51,472 bases of DNA. Source: an uncultured Gemmatimonas sp. (lineage in GTDB: Bacteria; Gemmatimonadota; Gemmatimonadetes; Gemmatimonadales; Gemmatimonadaceae). The notes beneath the pieces were generated by a model. That model worked only from the letters and a program-made list of their open reading frames with translations, ran no database searches and was not told the DNA's origin. This document shows, piece after piece, positions 10,112 through 18,857 of the stretch. Both the position numbers and the translations under genes were made by a program. The number at the start of each line of letters is the position of its first letter. Positions within the stretch are counted from its first letter, which is position 1. Location of the stretch: contig CAZMGX010000002.1 of assembly GCA_964565915.1 (NCBI GenBank), positions 1 to 51,472 of the forward strand, given 5' to 3'.

Positions 10112-12586
10112 ATGAGCAATGACCACGCTGGCAAGGACCTGACCCGCCGCGAGCTGCTGCAGCGATTTACCGCCAGCGTGCTTGTGACGGCGGTTGCAAC
10201 GCCACTCGGCAAGGCGTTTGCGCTCACGTCACATGCGGAACCGGTGAACGCGGTCGCGGGTGTCGATCGTGTCGTGATGAAGCACGGCAAGACATACCTG
10301 AACGGATGGGCGGGATACGGCGCGCCACCACGGCCGGGTCGTGGCGGGCGGGGCGCCGCGCCGCCGGCACCGACTGGGCCAACGCCGCGCACCACGTGGA
10401 GCAAAGTCTCAGGTCCGGGCACGGTCACGTTCGCCGACGCGAACGCGGCCCGCACCACTGCGACGTTCTCGGCGGCCGGTGACTACGTGCTGCGCGTATC
10501 GGCCAGCAACGGCGAGACCACGGCGGCCTCCACACTGCGCGTGAAGGTGGAGCTCCCGCCGCCGGTGCAACAACTCGCTCCCGTGGTAACCACGCGGCAT
10601 GCCATCACGAGTCCGCTGTGGCGTGCGCGCACGAAGGCACTGATCACCTCGTGGATTCCGCACTGCATCAACCAATGTACGCGTGCCGACATTCCGGCCG
10701 GACGCGGTGATGGCGGGCTCGACAACTTCATCGAGGCGGCCAAGGCGCTGCGTGGTGAACCGCATGCCGCGCATCGCGGCTACGTGTTCGCCAATGCGTG
10801 GGTGCACCAGACCGTCGAGTCGATGAGTCTCGCGCTGATGGTCGACCCGCAGGGTGACGCCGAGATCATCGCCGCGCAGGAGCGCATGCGCACGACGCTG
10901 AACGAATGGATCCCGATCATTCTCGCGGCGCAGCATCCCGATGGGTATCTGCAGACCGCGTTCACCTTGCGCAACGCACCGCGCCCGGGCGGGCCCGGAT
11001 ACCCGGGCGGTAACTCGCAGGCGTGGACCGAGCGCTGGAGTCCGGCGGCGCGGGCGAACCACGAAGGGTACGTGGCCGGATACTTCATCGAGTCGGCGAT
11101 CAATCACTACTCGATGACGGACCGCAAAGACGATCGCCTGTACAACGCCGCCAAGAAATTGTGCGATTGCTGGGTCGATCACATCGGGCCCGCACCGAAG
11201 CAGGAGTGGTTTGACGGGCATCAGGAGATGGAGCAGGCGCTGGTGCGCTTCGGACGCTTCGTGAACGAAGTGGAGGGTGGCGGCAAGGGCGATCGCTACG
11301 TGGCGCTGGCCAAGTTCCTGTTGGACTGTCGCCGCAACGGATCGGAGTACGACCAGAGTCACTTGCCGGTCACGCAGCAGTACGAGGCCGTCGGGCATGC
11401 CGTGCGCGCCGTGTACAGTTACTCCGCGATGGCCGATGTCGCGGTGGAGACGCACGATGTCGACTACCAGAGTGCCGTCAAATCGCTTTGGGACAACATC
11501 ACGCACAGGAAATACTATCTCACGGGCGGCGTCGGCAGCGGCGAAACGTCGGAAGGGTTCGGCCCCGACTACTCGCTGCGCAACAATGCATACTGCGAAG
11601 CGTGCTCCAGCTGCGGCGAGATCTTCTTCCAGTGGAAGCTGCACCTTGCCTACCACGAAGCGAAGTACGCGGATCTGTTTGAGCAGACCCTGTACAATGC
11701 ATTGCTGGGCGCGCTCGATCTCAAGGGCACCGAGTTCTTCTACACCAACCCGCTCTCGCAGGTCGGCACGCGGTCGCCGTGGCATAGTGTCCCGTGCTGC
11801 ACCGGCAACATTCCGCGCACGCTCCTGATGTTGCCGACGTGGATGTACTCGAAAGGTCCGCGGGCCATCCAGGTCAACCTGTTCGCCGGCAGTGCGGTGA
11901 CCGTGACCGATGTCGCCGGCACCGACGTCGAGATGGTGCAGGACACCAACTACCCGTGGAGCGGCAACGTCGCCATCACGGTGAATCCGAAGGTGCGTGC
12001 AACGTTCGCCATCAACATTCGCGTCCCGACGCGTGATGTGAGTACGCTGTACACCGCGATGCCAAAGGCCGATGGGGTATCCGCGTTGCGCGTGAACGGC
12101 CGTGTGGTGACACCGAAGGTGGTGAATGGCTACGCCTCGATCACGCGCGCGTGGGCGGCGGGTGACCGCATCGAGTTCGTGCTCCCCATGGTGGTGCAGC
12201 GGGTGCATGCCGACGAGAAGATCGCCGCCAACCGCGGGCGCGTCGCATTACGCTACGGGCCACTCGTGTACAACATCGAGAACGTCGACCAGAACATCGA
12301 GGGGGTGTTGGCTCCTGATGCCCGCCTCACGACGCAGTGGCGCGCGGATTTGCTGGGTGGAGTCACGGTCATCACTGGTACGTTCGCGGATGGGAGCCCG
12401 ATGTTGGCCATTCCGCACTACGCGCGCTTCAACCGCAATCCGACTGTGCCTCCGCCCGCGCCGCGGCCGGATGCGGTGGCGATCGCCACGGCCGCGGCGG
12501 AGGCCATCGCGGCGGGCCGGCCTTTGCCACGTCCGGCAGGGCCGTCCGCGAGTTCGATCGTGTGGATTCGCGAGCGGTCGGGGTAA
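10112..12586 (+). CDS. Tat-exported GH127 glycoside hydrolase (beta-L-arabinofuranosidase-like) with N-terminal PKD-like domain
   Basis: TRRELL twin-arginine signal; WSKVSGPGTVTF...TATFSAAGDYVLRV PKD-like module; GHAVRAVY, YCEACSSC, PCCTGN, RGRVALRYGPLVY GH127 motifs. ATG 10112 preferred over ORF-track 9680. Confidence 0.88.
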   Translation: MSNDHAGKDLTRRELLQRFTASVLVTAVATPLGKAFALTSHAEPVNAVAGVDRVVMKHGKTYLNGWAGYGAPPRPGRGGRGAAPPAPTGPTPRTTWSKVSGPGTVTFADANAARTTATFSAAGDYVLRVSASNGETTAASTLRVKVELPPPVQQLAPVVTTRHAITSPLWRARTKALITSWIPHCINQCTRADIPAGRGDGGLDNFIEAAKALRGEPHAAHRGYVFANAWVHQTVESMSLALMVDPQGDAEIIAAQERMRTTLNEWIPIILAAQHPDGYLQTAFTLRNAPRPGGPGYPGGNSQAWTERWSPAARANHEGYVAGYFIESAINHYSMTDRKDDRLYNAAKKLCDCWVDHIGPAPKQEWFDGHQEMEQALVRFGRFVNEVEGGGKGDRYVALAKFLLDCRRNGSEYDQSHLPVTQQYEAVGHAVRAVYSYSAMADVAVETHDVDYQSAVKSLWDNITHRKYYLTGGVGSGETSEGFGPDYSLRNNAYCEACSSCGEIFFQWKLHLAYHEAKYADLFEQTLYNALLGALDLKGTEFFYTNPLSQVGTRSPWHSVPCCTGNIPRTLLMLPTWMYSKGPRAIQVNLFAGSAVTVTDVAGTDVEMVQDTNYPWSGNVAITVNPKVRATFAINIRVPTRDVSTLYTAMPKADGVSALRVNGRVVTPKVVNGYASITRAWAAGDRIEFVLPMVVQRVHADEKIAANRGRVALRYGPLVYNIENVDQNIEGVLAPDARLTTQWRADLLGGVTVITGTFADGSPMLAIPHYARFNRNPTVPPPAPRPDAVAIATAAAEAIAAGRPLPRPAGPSASSIVWIRERSG

Positions 12587-12652
12587 CGCGTCCATGATCC
12601 GTGCGCGATGCCGCGGCACACGTCACACCGAAGCGCCGCACCCAGTGCAACC

Positions 12653-14962
12653 CTATCGCGCCGTTACGTCAACCTGCATCCCCGCGAAGCGCGCGTTGAA
12701 GGTCGCCGTGGCGGAACCGATCTGGTTTGCCGGACCCGCAAATCCGGTGAGGTAGAAGCGATACTCATTCCCGACCACGCCACTCGTGCCCCATCCGCTG
12801 AGGGAACACGGGCTGTACGCGGGCAACGGCGTGTTGAACGTGCGTCGAATGCTCGTCCCCCAAAAGGCGGTATCGTTGAATCCGTAAGCGTGCATGTCGT
12901 ACGTCGTTGCGCCCGGCACCAGCGGAAAGGCAATGTACGCGGTGATACACTGCCGACCGGCGTCGAGTCCGACCGGCGGACTCACCTGCAGCGAGCCCCG
13001 CACGACGTTGCTGCGGGCCTCCACGCTCACCGCCGCACGTGCGGTCCCCACGCGCCCGATAGTGCCCGCAAACAGCTCCACGTCGACGAAGTCCGTTCCA
13101 CCACTCGGCGAAGCAGCCGCCGTGTACGTGACCGATCGCTGGGTCACGGGCGCACCGTTCGCCACCGACAAGGCGCCCTGCGAACCGGAGAGCCGGAACT
13201 GATAGAAGAGTTGCTCTGACTCCGCCCACGCTGGCTGTGTGGTGGCCTGCAGCACCACCGACTCGCCGGCACGCAGTTGGGATGATGCGGGAGTGAGCTG
13301 CACCTGATACTGCGGAATGACCTGTAGGAACGCCTCAACCTCGCCGAGGTCGGTGTCGGTTGAGTCGTAACTGAAACGTCCGCTGATCGGCAAGGGTTCT
13401 CGCCTGAATGTCACGACCCTCACGCGCACCGTGACCTTGTCCCCCTTGGGCGAAACGGCCGCCTGTCGGGAAGCAGGAAAGGCGGTATACGTACCCCGTC
13501 CCAAGGTGATGCGGCCGGTGGGCAGGGAGAATTCACCGGCACTCGACGTCGCTGTCCAGTAGTAGCGGAGGTACGGACTGTCCGAATACGGAAGGCCGCC
13601 GCTCGCATCACGCACGACGACACCAAGTGCTGCGGATTGGCCATACTGCACCAGGGATCGCACCGGTTCGATCTGGAGTGACAGCTGGAGATCCGATCGG
13701 ACTGTGGTGCGCGCCTCGCCAAGCATCTCGTAGGGTCCGCCTGCGTCGAATTGGCCAAGCATGCGCACACTGACGCCGTCGAGATCGCCGGCCGGAAGGA
13801 GCGGAGTGAGCGCGGTATACTGCACCGTGTTGCCTGACGAGGCGGTCAGGGTACCGTTCGCCGCCGTGTGGCTCCACTCATAACGAAGCGCGTCCGGATT
13901 TCTCCCTTCTCCGGACACCATCGCGCGCAAGACCACCGAACGCTGCTGCGTGTTGACGTGGCCCGGTGCAGGATCGAGCGTCACGGTTGGATTCAGAAAG
14001 AACACACCGACCGTACTGAACCCCGGCGTTCGACCGCGGATGGTTCTCGCGACGGTGTCCACCACGATGTTGCTGAGGCGCGACCATGCGGCTCCGTCCC
14101 ATCGCTGCAATACGAGATCGGCGGGACGCACCCACGGCGGCAGGCGGTGGGGGTCGTATCGCATGACCACCGTGGCCGGTGTGCTGAATTGCAGTCCATC
14201 GGGACCGAACGCGAACGCGGTGCCGCGCATGGGCGTGGTCCCCGACGGCACACTCAGGGCTTCCGTCGAACGGACAATCGTAATGGCGGTGGCGGTGGCA
14301 ATCGCGCCCGCCGGTACGGTGATGCGCACGACGCTGTCACTCGAGAAGACACTCCCGCCAGTCGGTCTCACGAATCCACCTTCGCCCACCTCCACCAGGG
14401 CAGAGGCACTTTGCCCTTCGCTGGTGGCCATGACCAGGGTCGAGCCGGTCGCCAGTCCGGTGACGACCCCACTGGCGCTGACCGTCGCGACCGCAGGTGA
14501 CGTGCTGCTCCAGCTCACGGTGCGACCGGTCAACACGCTGCCGTCACGCGCTCGAACCTGCGCCGTCAGCTGTCTCGTCTGGTCACTCACCAGCCTGACC
14601 GTGTCCGGTGTGATTCGCACACTCGCGACGGGAGGCGGAACCACCGTAATCGCCGACTCACCGGTCTTTCCCCGTATCGTCGCGATCACGGTGGCCGAAC
14701 CAGCACCCACCGCCGAAACCTGACCAGACGAGGAGACCGTCACGACGTTCGGCGCCGAGCTGTTCCACTGCACGCTGTCGGTGGCCAGCTGATTACCCTG
14801 CGCATCCTGCGCCACCGCCGAGAGTTGGGTCTGTTCACCCTGAATCATGTTCAGCGCCGGCGGAATGACGGATACCCGCGTCACCACCGCCGTCGGTCGG
14901 GTCGCGTCACTGCCACAGGCCGCCAAGGTGGCCGCACACAGGAGGAACAGAAGGGATCGCAT
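12653..14962 (-). CDS. Lipoprotein with two Big_2 Ig-like domains, ZU5-like domain and further beta-sandwich domains
   Basis: LAAC lipobox; WNSSAPNVVTVSSSGQV and WSSTSPAVATVSASGVV Big_2 repeats; TGGSV...ITVPAGA...FGPDGLQFSTPATV ZU5-like pattern. Confidence 0.8.
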   Translation of the reverse strand: MRSLLFLLCAATLAACGSDATRPTAVVTRVSVIPPALNMIQGEQTQLSAVAQDAQGNQLATDSVQWNSSAPNVVTVSSSGQVSAVGAGSATVIATIRGKTGESAITVVPPPVASVRITPDTVRLVSDQTRQLTAQVRARDGSVLTGRTVSWSSTSPAVATVSASGVVTGLATGSTLVMATSEGQSASALVEVGEGGFVRPTGGSVFSSDSVVRITVPAGAIATATAITIVRSTEALSVPSGTTPMRGTAFAFGPDGLQFSTPATVVMRYDPHRLPPWVRPADLVLQRWDGAAWSRLSNIVVDTVARTIRGRTPGFSTVGVFFLNPTVTLDPAPGHVNTQQRSVVLRAMVSGEGRNPDALRYEWSHTAANGTLTASSGNTVQYTALTPLLPAGDLDGVSVRMLGQFDAGGPYEMLGEARTTVRSDLQLSLQIEPVRSLVQYGQSAALGVVVRDASGGLPYSDSPYLRYYWTATSSAGEFSLPTGRITLGRGTYTAFPASRQAAVSPKGDKVTVRVRVVTFRREPLPISGRFSYDSTDTDLGEVEAFLQVIPQYQVQLTPASSQLRAGESVVLQATTQPAWAESEQLFYQFRLSGSQGALSVANGAPVTQRSVTYTAAASPSGGTDFVDVELFAGTIGRVGTARAAVSVEARSNVVRGSLQVSPPVGLDAGRQCITAYIAFPLVPGATTYDMHAYGFNDTAFWGTSIRRTFNTPLPAYSPCSLSGWGTSGVVGNEYRFYLTGFAGPANQIGSATATFNARFAGMQVDVTAR

Positions 14963-15031
14963 CGGGTCGCTCGCGTTAGGGGGTGCTTGAACACGCGCGC
15001 GAGCCCCCCGAATTGGATCATGCGAGTTTCG

Positions 15032-17518
15032 TCATCGCTGTCCGCGCTGGACCCGGAGGTCGGCCAGCCACTGTTCCGTCTGTCGAAGCCGCGGATCTGT
15101 CGAAGGAAGCGTCCGTCCGTACCGCGCGGCGGCTGATCGCAGCTGTTGCTCAGCTTCCGCCACCCGACCCTCGCCGGCCAGGAGCCGTCCCAATGCCCGC
15201 TCGACGTCGGCGATGTGCGGACTGCTGCTCGAGAATTTCGCCAGACGGATCGTCAGCGCGTGTCGCAGGAGACGCTCACCGTCGCGGGGGCGACCCTGGG
15301 CCACTTTGATCTGACCCATGATGCTCTCGCTACGCGCCACGTCGGGGTGATCGTCGGGGAGGGCGTGCCGAAAGAGGCTGTCGGCCTTGGTCGCGGCCGA
15401 CCACGCCTCGTCCACGCGACCCAACTCAAGCAGGGCGCGCGCCATGTTGACATAGCCCTACCCGACGGCCGCGTGGGTGTCGCCCAACTGCGTCGAGAAC
15501 CCGCGCACCTGATCGCGCGCGAGGGGCAGGGCTTCTTCCGCGCGCCCTTGCAGGATGAGATCGACCGCCAGATTGCCCAGCGTGTAGCTGCGTTCGAAGT
15601 AGTCGCGCGGGTGCCGCGCGAACGCGGCGAGTGTGGCACGATAGACCTGCTCGGCCTCCTGCAACTTGCCCTGCTGACTGAGCACAAGACCGAGGTTACC
15701 CATCAGGATCGCATTGGCCACACTCGTACTGTCGAACTGTGCGCGGTGCCGAGCCGAGGCCCGGATGTACCGCTCGGCCTCGGCGGCGCGCCCCGTTGAC
15801 GACAGGGCAATCCCGAGATCGCCGAGCGTGCGACCGTATGCGTCGGACGTGCTGTCACCGATGGATGCAAACGTGGCGAGCGACTGACGGAACCACCGCT
15901 CCGCTGACGTCAGATCACCGGCGGCGTTGAACGCCATGCCAAGCTCGTGCTCATCCTCGGCCACGTCGGCACTCTGGGCGCCGGTGGTGGCAACGTGCAG
16001 CGTCCGCGCCCGCTCCAGTTGCGCAATCGCCAGATCGGTCCGTCGGAGCGCCTGATTCGCGCGCCCGATGGTGCGCAGCACATTCGCAAGCGTGTGCGGA
16101 ACGGCCGAGAATCGCGACTCCGCATTGCGCCCGGCGTCTTCGAGGAGAGCTCCGAGTGTCGTTTCGGATCCTGGCCGACGCAGCTCGGAGTACCAGCTGG
16201 GGTCAGCGGCGCCCAGCGTTGCCTGCAGAAACGCGCTGACGCGCTCAGCGTTCGCCGCCTCGCGCTGTGCGCGGTCACGTTCTGCAGCCGCGCGTCGCGC
16301 CTGCCACAGTGTGGACAGCAGCCCCGCGAACAACAGCACGAGCATCCCGGTGGCGCCGCCGACCGCGGTTCGATGCCGACGCACGAACTTCTTCACACGG
16401 TACGTCGTGCCGTCGGGGCGAGCCGCAACGGGAAACCCGTTCAGAAATCGTTGCAGGTCCCGATTCAGCGCGTCAACGGAGTCGTAGCGTCGGCCACTGT
16501 CCTTGCGGATGGCCATCAGGACGATGGCGTTCAGGTCGCTGCGCACGCCGTCCGATTCACGGGCCAATGGTGCACCCGTCACCGAGCCGGGTCCGGGCGG
16601 GTCAAGCTCGCAGATGCGCCGCCGAACGGTCTCGGCATCGGGTCGATCGTCGGTGAACGGGTGCCGACCGGCGAGCAACTGATACAGAACGACACCAAGC
16701 GAGAACACATCGGTGGCGGTCGAGACAGGCTCGGCACGAACCTGTTCGGGGCTTGCGTAGGCGGCGGTAAGCGGCGTGGCGCCGCCCGCCTCGGTCACGT
16801 CGGGCCCGTAGTCGTGGGCATCGCCACCAACCACCTTCGCGATGCCGAAGTCCAGCAGCTTTACGACCGCATCGGGCGTGACGAGGATGTTGCTGGGCTT
16901 GAGATCGCGATGCACCACCAGGTTGCGGTGGGCGTATTGCACCGCGTCACACGCCTGCAGAAACAGGCGGACGCGTGCTCGCACATCGAGTGCCTGCTCG
17001 TCCGCGAACACCGTGATGGGCACGCCGTCCACCAACTCCATCGCGAAGAACGGCTGCCCGTCGTCGGTGATCCCCCCATCGAGCAGCGATGCGATGTGGT
17101 GATGGGACAGTCGCGCCAGGATTTGCCGCTCCTGCCGGAAGCGCTGCAGGACCTGGGGCGAACGCCAGCCGGCGGAGATCGTCTTGATCGCAACCCGTTG
17201 CCTGAACTGTGCGTCATCGCGTTCGGCGGCGTACACCACACCCATTCCGCCGCGTCCGATCTCCTTCAGCACGCGGTAGGGTCCCACGCGGGTCGGTGCC
17301 GGCGCGTCGCCATCGGCTGGCGCCGGGACGGCGCCTCGTTCGAAGCGTTGTGGATCACGTTCCAGCGCCTCGAGGAGCGCCCACGCTTCCCGATGGATGT
17401 CGGCCTCGGCGTCGGTCGCTGCTCGAGACCGCCATGCCTCGCGGGCGTCTGGCGGAAGCTCACTCAGCTCAGCGAAGAGCGTCTTGACCCGCTGCCAACG
17501 ATCGGGGGTGAGAGTCAT
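15032..17518 (-). CDS. Membrane Ser/Thr protein kinase with extracytoplasmic TPR repeats, interrupted by in-frame TAG at 15458-15460
   Basis: IGRGGMGVVY, VAIK, HRDLKPSN, DFG, YASPEQ; TM helix; TPR_12-like repeats. ORFs 15458-17518 and 15032-15445 are in the same frame (HAAVG*GYVNMARAL). Confidence 0.9.
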
Positions 17519-17551
17519 GCAGGATCACGCGCGCGAGGTGGTCGAACCGGC

Positions 17552-18100
17552 TCATCCGAGTGTGCGCGCCAGCCACGCCCGCGCCGACTGCCACTCCCGC
17601 TTGACGGTTGCCGTGGAGATGTCGAGCGCCGCGGCCGTCTCCTCGATCGTGAGATTCGCGAAGTAGCGCAGTTCGACAATACGGGCCTGCCGGGCATCGA
17701 GCAGTGCGAGTTGGTTCAGCGCTTCGTCGACCGCGAGCAGCTCGCGATCCTGATCGGACGAGTTGAGCTCGTCGTCGAGCGTGACCACCTGGCCGAGGTT
17801 CCTGACGGCGGCGTCGCGGCGGCGTGCCGCGTCCACGAGGATCCGGCGCATCGCCAACGCGGCGATGCCGAAGAAATGGGCGCGGCTCTTCCACGACGTG
17901 CGCTGCTGATCAACGAGACGAAGGTAGGCTTCGTGAACGAGTCCCGTGGTATCGAGGGTCAACTCCTCGCGCTCACGCCGCAGGTACCGCGACGCCATCA
18001 CGCGCAGTTCCTGATACACGAGCGGTACCAGGCGATCCGCTGCCTGCGGATCGCCGCCCCCGAGTTGGTGCAACAGGTCGGTAATTTCGGTGGATCCCAC
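17552..18100 (-). CDS. ECF sigma factor, TIGR02999/ECF43-like (kinase-associated)
   Basis: LVPLVYQELR, TLDTTGLVHEAYLRL, AMRRILVDAAR, VELRYF, STATVKREW; directly upstream of the kinase. GTG 18100 chosen as start. Confidence 0.9.
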   Translation of the reverse strand: MGSTEITDLLHQLGGGDPQAADRLVPLVYQELRVMASRYLRREREELTLDTTGLVHEAYLRLVDQQRTSWKSRAHFFGIAALAMRRILVDAARRRDAAVRNLGQVVTLDDELNSSDQDRELLAVDEALNQLALLDARQARIVELRYFANLTIEETAAALDISTATVKREWQSARAWLARTLG

Positions 18101-18176
18101 GGCGGGCCTGGATCGGAAGACTCCCGACGGGCGACGCCTTCGGGAGACCAATACAATAAGCCGAAGTGTGATGATC

Positions 18177-18203
18177 TGAGAAAGCCGGCGTCGGGCGCGC
18201 GTC
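18177..18203 (+). promoter_or_regulatory. Candidate ECF promoter TGAGAA-N16-GCGTC
   Basis: Located ~95 bp upstream of ATG 18299; the same motif occurs upstream of the paralogue at 30642. Confidence 0.45.
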
Positions 18204-18298
18204 TATTGCGAACACCCCCACGCATCGTCGGTTCAGCGCGAAGACCACGCTGGGCCGGCCGTGTCTCCCAATCGTCCGCTGGAGCCGGCGGCGCCTTC

Positions 18299-18751
18299 AT
18301 GGTCTCACGCACCTTGCTCGGATGTCTTGCCGCGTTGGCGGCGATCCAACCGCCCGCGCCTCACGCGGCTTCGCGACAACCACCCGTGCTGACGGCGTTC
18401 GCCATCAACGACGGCGGGGCGACCGCGCCGGCCGGTGCCTCGCTGCGACTCGCACACTCGGTGGTGGGCACCGCCCCCTCCGAATATCGCGTGAGCCCGC
18501 GGGCGGACTTTGCGGGGGCCTTCTGGCTCCCCTACCGCCGCCAGCCGGAGTTGCCGTCGTCCGCCGTGCCCACGACGCCAGGATGTGATGCGGGTGGGTC
18601 GACCCGACGGCTTCGTCTGTTCCTTCAGGTCCGGGCATCGCTCGGTGATGAAGTCCGGGTCGTGAACGGCCAACGGACGCTGGTGCCGATCATGGCGGAG
18701 AGCAACGTCATGGCCGACAGCATCTGCATCGCCGCACCGCCGGCGCCGTGA
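18299..18751 (+). CDS. Small secreted protein, paralogue of 30148-30642
   Basis: Tail of the long antisense ORF 15947-18751; ATG 18299 with signal peptide; shares PSEYRVS..ADF..A.W.PY...P and LQVRA with 30148-30642. Confidence 0.8.
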   Translation: MVSRTLLGCLAALAAIQPPAPHAASRQPPVLTAFAINDGGATAPAGASLRLAHSVVGTAPSEYRVSPRADFAGAFWLPYRRQPELPSSAVPTTPGCDAGGSTRRLRLFLQVRASLGDEVRVVNGQRTLVPIMAESNVMADSICIAAPPAP

Positions 18752-18857
18752 GCGGACGCTTCGTGCGGCACGGCGGTACCGACTTGACGAGGTCGGCGGA
18801 GGGACGGAGAATCTGCCGAACACCCATTGACTCCGTTCCGGGATTCGGGATCATCGC

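Noticed and set aside
15458..15460. Genome-wide TAG recoding or pyrrolysine
   Set aside because: TAG terminates several genes normally here, no pyl genes are in the window, and it is a single occurrence.
15947..18298. Long plus-strand ORF 15947-18751 (934 aa)
   Set aside because: Antisense shadow of the kinase and sigma genes; only the part from ATG 18299 looks like a real protein.
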